A stretch of DNA of 64,000 nt from Pseudomonadota bacterium (GTDB lineage: Bacteria; Pseudomonadota; Gammaproteobacteria; Acidiferrobacterales; UBA6901). Of this stretch, positions 58,702-64,000 are shown one piece after another. The notes beneath the pieces are model-generated. The model was not told the origin of the DNA, ran no database searches, and saw only the letters and a program-made list of their open reading frames with translations. The stretch's first letter is position 1. Every line of letters starts with the position of its first letter. The stretch spans positions 29,873 through 93,872 of the forward strand of contig JAJYEE010000001.1 of the NCBI GenBank assembly GCA_021790335.1, given 5' to 3'. A program made the position numbers and the translations under genes.

Positions 58702-60870
58702 ATGTCCACAGTTCTGCCTACGGGAACAACGTCTTCTTCGGGAGGAGGCACTGCTCCCTCATTGAGCGGTACCGGTGCGGCGATACTCACGTCCACCGGG
58801 CTCGGATCCGGTATCAACGTCAACAGTCTGGTGAGCGCGCTGGTCGCCGCGGACAGCATTCCGGTTCAGACCCTTAAGGCTCAGGAAGCGGGCTACCAGG
58901 CGCAGCTGTCGGCCTACGGCCAGCTCCAAAGCTCTCTTTCGATTTTCCAGGCATCGATGCAGGGCTTGAGTGGAATTTCGAATTTTCAGACGATGACTTC
59001 TGCAATATCGGATACATCGCACTTCAGCGCTACCGTATCGGGCAACGCGGTTGCGGGCAATTATTCCGTCCAGGTGAACCAGCTGGCACAGGCGCAATCA
59101 CTGGTGTCGAGTGATTTCGCCAATACCTCGGACACTGTCGGGACCGGTACCCTGACGTTCCAGTTCGGCACCTACGACAGCGGCAGCAACACTTTCACGC
59201 TCAACAATTCGCAGCCGTCCGGTTCGGTAGTCATCAACAGCTCGAACGACACTCTGAGCGGCATCGCCTCGGCGATCAACGCCGCCAATGTCGGTGTGAG
59301 TGCGTCGATTCTCAACGATGGTACCGGCAACCGGCTGGTGCTGACGTCGAAGACGAGCGGCGCTGCCAACAGCCTGCGGGTCGCGGTGAACGACGGCGAC
59401 GGAACCAACACCAACATGAGCGGGCTGTCGCAGCTTGCCTATGATCCGACCGCGGTCTCGGGCAGCGGCCAGAACCTGACTCAGACCGTTGCCGCCCAGA
59501 ATGCCGCGCTGTCCGTTGATGGTGTCAACATCACGAATTCGAGCAATACGGTCTCCAATGCAATCCAGGGCGTTACCCTCAATCTGCTGGCGACCAATAC
59601 GGCCGGGTCGCCTACTACGTTGACGGTGTCTCAGGACACGACGGCTGCCACGACAGCGGTCACCAATTTCGTAAACGCCTACAATACCTTGTTCAATTCC
59701 GTAAGTGCCATGACCGCCTATGATGCGGCTACCAAGACTGCGGGGCCACTGCAGGGTGATGCCTCGACGATGTCAGTCCTGACGCAGATCCAGAATACCC
59801 TGGATCAGAGTCTGTCCGGTCTCGGAGGCGGTTTCAGCAATCTGGCTCAGATCGGAGTGACGGTGCAGTCGGACGGAACCCTTCAACTGAATACGTCTCA
59901 GCTGCAATCGGCTTTAACCACCAACTTCAGCGGGGTAGCGGGCCTGTTCGCCGCGCAGGGTATTTCAAGCGACGGCCAGATCAGCTATGTGGGCAGCGGG
60001 TCCAATACCCGGCCCGGTAGTTACGCGGTCAATGTCACGCAGCTGGCGACGCAGGGCAGTCTCACGGGAATCTCCATCTCTGCTCTGGCCAGCACCGGGG
60101 GTACTTTTAACTCGCCAGTCGTTGTGAACTCAAATAACAACACCTTCGGCATCACGGTGAACGGAGTTCAGAGTGGCACCATCACCCTCAACCAGGGCAC
60201 GTACACCACCGTGGCGAGCCTGGTGTCGGAAATTCAGTCGGAGATCAATGGCGACAGTGCGCTCAAGGCTGCTGGCGCGGCGGTGTCGGTTTCCTACAGC
60301 AGCACAGGATCGCAGTTCGTGATCACGTCCAACCAGTACGGTTCGGCATCGAATGTGAGCATCACTTCCGCTGGCACGAACACCGGCAGCACGCTCGGGC
60401 TTGGTGCTGCTTCGGGAACCGCCGGGGTCGATGTGGCTGGTACGATTGACGGATATGCCGCGAGCGGGTCGGGACAGAACCTGACCGGTGCCAGCGGTAC
60501 GGCGGTGGATGGCCTGCAGCTGCAGGTCAACGGAGGATCGACCGGTGCAAGGGGCACCGTGGACTATTCCCAAGGCTATGCCTACCAGCTCAGCAATCTC
60601 GCGACGCAGATGCTTGGCAGTAGTGGCCCCATTGCCGCCCGTACTGCGGGCATCAACAACACTATCACCGGCATCAACAATCAGATCAGTCAACTGAACC
60701 AGCAGATAGCCAACGAACAGGCAATGTATTACCAAGAGTTCAACGCCATGGACAGCCTGGTCGGCCAGCTCAATTCGACGGGCTCCCTCCTTACCAACGA
60801 GCTGGCGGCGTTGCCGTGGTCCAATTCGGGTGGTCAGCCTGGATCGAGCAGTACGAAGCTTGGTGGTTAG
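58702..60870 (+). CDS. fliD: flagellar filament capping protein FliD
   Basis: N-terminus GSGINVNSLVSALVAADSIPVQTLKAQEAGYQAQLSAYGQL and C-terminus INNQISQLNQQIANEQAMYYQEFNAMDSLVGQLNSTGSLL. 722 aa, which is long for FliD. Confidence 0.9.
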   Translation: MSTVLPTGTTSSSGGGTAPSLSGTGAAILTSTGLGSGINVNSLVSALVAADSIPVQTLKAQEAGYQAQLSAYGQLQSSLSIFQASMQGLSGISNFQTMTSAISDTSHFSATVSGNAVAGNYSVQVNQLAQAQSLVSSDFANTSDTVGTGTLTFQFGTYDSGSNTFTLNNSQPSGSVVINSSNDTLSGIASAINAANVGVSASILNDGTGNRLVLTSKTSGAANSLRVAVNDGDGTNTNMSGLSQLAYDPTAVSGSGQNLTQTVAAQNAALSVDGVNITNSSNTVSNAIQGVTLNLLATNTAGSPTTLTVSQDTTAATTAVTNFVNAYNTLFNSVSAMTAYDAATKTAGPLQGDASTMSVLTQIQNTLDQSLSGLGGGFSNLAQIGVTVQSDGTLQLNTSQLQSALTTNFSGVAGLFAAQGISSDGQISYVGSGSNTRPGSYAVNVTQLATQGSLTGISISALASTGGTFNSPVVVNSNNNTFGITVNGVQSGTITLNQGTYTTVASLVSEIQSEINGDSALKAAGAAVSVSYSSTGSQFVITSNQYGSASNVSITSAGTNTGSTLGLGAASGTAGVDVAGTIDGYAASGSGQNLTGASGTAVDGLQLQVNGGSTGARGTVDYSQGYAYQLSNLATQMLGSSGPIAARTAGINNTITGINNQISQLNQQIANEQAMYYQEFNAMDSLVGQLNSTGSLLTNELAALPWSNSGGQPGSSSTKLGG

Positions 60871-60930
60871 CGGACGCAAAGCCGGGATGGAAACCAGAGC
60901 TGCAAACCCCAGTTCAACCGGGAATACCGT

Positions 60931-61347
60931 ATGAATCGAGCAAATCCTTATAACGTTATGCGCCAGTATGGCGAATCCGGAGACATAGCCGAGGTCTTAT
61001 ATGCCAGTCCGCACCGTCTGATCCAGATGTTACTGGACAATGCGCTGGACCGGCTTGCTGTGGCCAAGGGCCACATGTTGCGCGGGGAAGTGGCGGATAA
61101 GGGTAGCCGCATCCGCGGGGCGCTCATGCTTATAGGTGGATTGCGTTCCAGCCTCAACAAGGAGGCTGGCGGCGACATCGCGCGCAATCTAGATCTTCTT
61201 TATGACTACATGGAGCGGCGTCTGCTGTTGGCCAACGCCAAGAATGATTCCGAAGCGCTTAGCGAGGTCGCAAGTCTGCTCACCGAGATCAAAACAGCGT
61301 GGGATGCCATCCCCGAAAACGTAAAGCTTTCATACGGCACACGGTAG
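60931..61347 (+). CDS. fliS: flagellin-specific chaperone FliS
   Basis: YASPHRLIQMLLDNALDRLAVAKGHM and RNLDLLYDYMERRLLLANAKND. Confidence 0.9.
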   Translation: MNRANPYNVMRQYGESGDIAEVLYASPHRLIQMLLDNALDRLAVAKGHMLRGEVADKGSRIRGALMLIGGLRSSLNKEAGGDIARNLDLLYDYMERRLLLANAKNDSEALSEVASLLTEIKTAWDAIPENVKLSYGTR

Positions 61348-61349
61348 CA

Positions 61350-61682
61350 ATGAGCAGCCGACCCGCATCCGAAGCAGCGCGCCAGGCGAAATTTGACGCA
61401 ATCCTCACCACGACCGTGGCCATGCTGGAAAAGGCGCAACTGCAGGACTGGGCGGAGGTCCAGCGGCTCCAGTCCGGTCGCCAGCGCCTGCTGCAGGAGT
61501 TATTCGCTGTCAGACCGAGCATCCAGGAATCTCCCTATCTGGCCGCAGGCATCAAGAGGCTGCTGGAACTCAACGCGTGCCTGACCGAGCTCGGGGTAAC
61601 CGAGCGAGATCGTATCGCAGGCAAGCTCAACGAGCTAAAGACCCGCCAACTTGCAAAGCTGGCCTACGGTGGGTGCCCATAG
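61350..61682 (+). CDS. FliT-like small helical flagellar protein (tentative)
   Basis: 110-aa helical ORF starting 3 nt after the fliS stop. LEKAQLQDWAEVQRLQSGRQRLLQELF resembles FliT-type chaperones. Assigned mainly by position. Confidence 0.45.
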   Translation: MSSRPASEAARQAKFDAILTTTVAMLEKAQLQDWAEVQRLQSGRQRLLQELFAVRPSIQESPYLAAGIKRLLELNACLTELGVTERDRIAGKLNELKTRQLAKLAYGGCP

Positions 61683-61766
61683 CCGGGGCCGGGACGGCAG
61701 GCTGGCTGGCGGAAGACGCTGTGATCCGGTAACCTGAAGTTCCCGGTGCCATCGGAAGCCGTCACG

Positions 61767-62357
61767 ATGACCAACTCCATACCGACGTCAGAGCAGAACG
61801 TGCTCGGAGCGGGTATCGCCTACGAGGGCATGTTGCCGCTCAGCTGGCGCGAGGCGAATCCGGTCGACGGACTGCAGCGGCGCGCGGAGCAGGCTGCCAA
61901 CGAAGAGCTTCTGCGCATTCTTTCAGTCCTCGAAGAGCGTCCGCAGGAACTGGCAGACGATCATCCTGCCGTAGCCCAGGAGTTGCGCCGACTCGATTCC
62001 AAGCTCGATCTCGTTCTCGACCTGGTTGGACGTGTGTTGGCCCATCATGAGCCACCACCACCACCGCTGACGGTGCGTCTGCGCGCGCGCGATCTGGAGT
62101 GGCACGATGCCCGCGCGCCTGCTGCGGGCAGCCGTGTCGATGTGGCTCTCTACCTGTGCCTGCGCGTGCCGCGGCCACTGACGCTGTCTGGCAGGGTACG
62201 CAGCGTGCAGTCTTTTACGGAGGGTTTTCGTACCGTCATGGATATCGACGATCCGGGCGAAGGGGTTGCCGAACTGCTGGAAAAAATAATATTCGTCCAC
62301 CATCGCCGTACCGTGGCCCAAACCCGTCGCGGAGCAGGACGCGACGAGACACGTTGA
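61767..62357 (+). CDS. atypical PilZ-like domain protein between the fliS/T genes and fleQ
   Basis: The C-terminal half TVRLRARDLEW...SRVDVALYLCLRVPRPLTLSGRVRSVQSFTEGFRTVMDI looks like a PilZ barrel. It has RLRAR (RxxxR) but no clean D/NxSxxG. The N-terminal half is helical. The call is tentative. Confidence 0.4.
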   Translation: MTNSIPTSEQNVLGAGIAYEGMLPLSWREANPVDGLQRRAEQAANEELLRILSVLEERPQELADDHPAVAQELRRLDSKLDLVLDLVGRVLAHHEPPPPPLTVRLRARDLEWHDARAPAAGSRVDVALYLCLRVPRPLTLSGRVRSVQSFTEGFRTVMDIDDPGEGVAELLEKIIFVHHRRTVAQTRRGAGRDETR

Positions 62358-62543
62358 TTTACGACGCGATGTAGGCAGCGTTGCGATACCGGATCTGACG
62401 CACTGTGTCAGGTGTGTGCCGTCGGCCTGTGGTTATGCACGATGATCTCTGGGCCATATGAGCCGGTCTGCCGCACGTAACCGGAAGAATTGTGCCTCAT
62501 TAGAAATGATTATTTTGATTTAACTGCAGAAATTTGCCAGAAG

Positions 62544-62558
62544 TGGCAATTTTTTGGC
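62544..62558 (+). promoter_or_regulatory. second, weaker sigma54-like motif upstream of fleQ
   Basis: TGGCAA-TTTTT-TGGC has correct GG-N10-GC spacing, but the -12 element is TGGC rather than TTGC. Confidence 0.3.
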
Positions 62559-62572
62559 GCTGCCGGCAGGTG

Positions 62573-62588
62573 TGGCACAGACGTTGCT
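62573..62588 (+). promoter_or_regulatory. sigma54 promoter motif upstream of fleQ
   Basis: TGGCAC-AGACG-TTGCTt matches the -24/-12 consensus, about 155 nt upstream of the fleQ ATG. Confidence 0.6.
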
Positions 62589-62743
62589 TTTGAAGAGAGC
62601 CCGGGTTGTTGACGGTCGCAGTTTGAATTGGGTCGTGGCACGCGGGGATGGATTGCCGTGTTGCCAATTAGTGACAGCGACCCGCGCGCATATCCAAGAA
62701 AAAACCGGCGTCTTTCGCCTATCATGTATATGGGGGATAAGAA

Positions 62744-64000
62744 ATGGTTGGACCAGCCGTGTTGGTTATCGACTCCGATGCAGAGCGCCGAAGCTATCTC
62801 ACCACCCTGATTGAGTTCATCGACCACCAGGCAGTTGCAGTTGACGACTGGACCTGCTGGCGCGAGGATGCTGGCCAGCAGCAATCAGCGCTGGCGGCGA
62901 TCATCGGCGGGTGCGAGTCCGAAGAGGTCCGGTTGGGTCTAATCCAGGAGCTCAGGGAATGGGATCGGGATCTCCCAGTGTTGCTGGTGACGGACAAGGC
63001 GAGAAATGTGCCAGTGAATCCGCGAGTCGCCGCGAGTGCATTAGGCAACATTGATATACCGATCCGCTACCAGCAACTTGCCTACGCCCTTCACCAGGCC
63101 GAGATCTATCGCGAATCCCGCAGCCAGTCCGGCACGCAGCGACCTCTGGAATTGTTCCGCAGTCTGGTCGGGAATAGCCGCGCGATGATGCGTGTGCGCC
63201 GACTGATCGAGCAAGTGGCCAATTCCGAGGCCAATGTGCTGATTCTGGGCGAATCCGGAACCGGCAAGGAGGTGGTTGCGCGCCACCTGCACTACAATTC
63301 GGCGCGCCGAAGCCGGACATTTGTACCAATCAACTGCGGTGCGATTCCGGGCGACCTGCTGGAAAGCGAGCTGTTTGGGCACGAGAAAGGTGCATTTACC
63401 GGTGCTATAAGCGCACGTCAAGGCAGGTTTGAGCTGGCCGAGGATGGCACGCTGTTTCTGGACGAGATCGGCGACATGAGCCTTCCAATGCAGGTGAAGT
63501 TGCTGCGTGTGCTGCAGGAGCGGACCTTTGAACGCGTCGGCAGCAACAAGAGCATCAGCGCCAACGTGCGCATCATCGCTGCCACCCACCGCAATCTCGA
63601 AGAGGCGATCAAGGATGGAAAATTCCGCGAGGACCTGTTCTACCGGCTGAACGTTTTTCCGATAGAAATGCCGCCGCTGCGCGAGCGCGCCGAGGATATA
63701 CCGCTGCTGATCAATGAATTGATTGCGCGTAACGAGCATGAGCGGCGTGGATCGGTGCGCCTGACTCCAGCCGCGGTTGTGGCTTTGACCCAGTACTCTT
63801 GGCCGGGCAATGTGCGCGAGCTCGCCAATTTGATGGAGCGCTTGGCAATTCTGCATCCCGGCGGGTCAGTAGATACCGGTGATCTGCCGGATAAATTTCT
63901 TGCCCCCGGGGCGGCTCGCAACACAGCGCCGCCTGTTCCCGACAGCAGTGCGGCCGTCTTCGCCGCGGGCATGCGCCTGCCGACAGACGGGCTCGATCTC
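62744..64000 (+). CDS. fleQ: sigma54-dependent flagellar master regulator FleQ (5' 419 codons; runs off the right edge)
   Basis: Not in the ORF track because it is open at the edge. My translation gives [29 protein letters not shown]...[15 protein letters not shown] (a FleQ-type N-domain), then [44 protein letters not shown]...[15 protein letters not shown], with continuation through [18 protein letters not shown] and [15 protein letters not shown]. Confidence 0.9.
   Translation, partial: MVGPAVLVIDSDAERRSYLTTLIEFIDHQAVAVDDWTCWREDAGQQQSALAAIIGGCESEEVRLGLIQELREWDRDLPVLLVTDKARNVPVNPRVAASALGNIDIPIRYQQLAYALHQAEIYRESRSQSGTQRPLELFRSLVGNSRAMMRVRRLIEQVANSEANVLILGESGTGKEVVARHLHYNSARRSRTFVPINCGAIPGDLLESELFGHEKGAFTGAISARQGRFELAEDGTLFLDEIGDMSLPMQVKLLRVLQERTFERVGSNKSISANVRIIAATHRNLEEAIKDGKFREDLFYRLNVFPIEMPPLRERAEDIPLLINELIARNEHERRGSVRLTPAAVVALTQYSWPGNVRELANLMERLAILHPGGSVDTGDLPDKFLAPGAARNTAPPVPDSSAAVFAAGMRLPTDGLDL

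Noticed and set aside
60888-60904. TGGAAA-N-CTGCA motif upstream of fliS, considered as a sigma54 promoter
   Set aside because: The GG-to-GC spacing is 11 instead of 10 nt, which is normally not tolerated.
62636-62641. Third TGGCAC hexamer in the fleQ leader
   Set aside because: There is no GC dinucleotide at the -12 position (GATG instead of TTGC).
63041-63856. 271-aa minus-strand ORF
   Set aside because: It is antisense to the AAA+ domain of fleQ ([14 protein letters not shown] on the + strand).

Overview
About 60% GC proteobacterial chromosome segment. I see no rRNA, tRNA, CRISPR array or intact mobile element.

Left third (1-18.9 kb): housekeeping genes. These are a partial FAH-family gene, greB, mrcB (PBP1B), a PAP2 phosphatase, a GcvR-like ACT protein and a complete sucA-sucB-lpdA-sucC-sucD block. 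An uncharacterised ATP-grasp-like gene follows sucD directly. After that come two paralogous single-domain PilZ genes flanking qor and DUF1499.

Middle (19-38 kb):
- a MoxR AAA+ / VWA-metallopeptidase (DUF2201-type) / orphan 380-aa trio
- an SDR epimerase, a P-type ATPase, a VIT1/CCC1 transporter, yjbQ, cfa, an FAD oxidoreductase and ygiQ
- a gene-poor stretch (33.5-38.1 kb) that looks accessory. It holds a ~1 kb ORF-free region, a compact XRE / divergent CsrA-like / DsrE-like module, a frameshifted heme-oxygenase-like pseudogene, a YHS protein and an orphan small ORF.

Right 25 kb: a polar-flagellum-type cluster in the Pseudomonas/Vibrio/Xanthomonas layout. The order is ycgR(flgZ)-flgN-flgM-flgA with a soluble MCP, then cheV-cheR-flgBCDEFGHIJKL, fliC-flaG-fliD-fliS-fliT-like, an atypical PilZ gene and the 5' part of fleQ. 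Sigma28 and sigma54 promoter motifs can be read directly upstream of several of these genes.

Most interesting candidates: the XRE/CsrA-like/DsrE-like module with GGA-rich leader, and the MoxR-VWA-orphan trio.

All functional calls come from motif recognition by eye; no database search was run.
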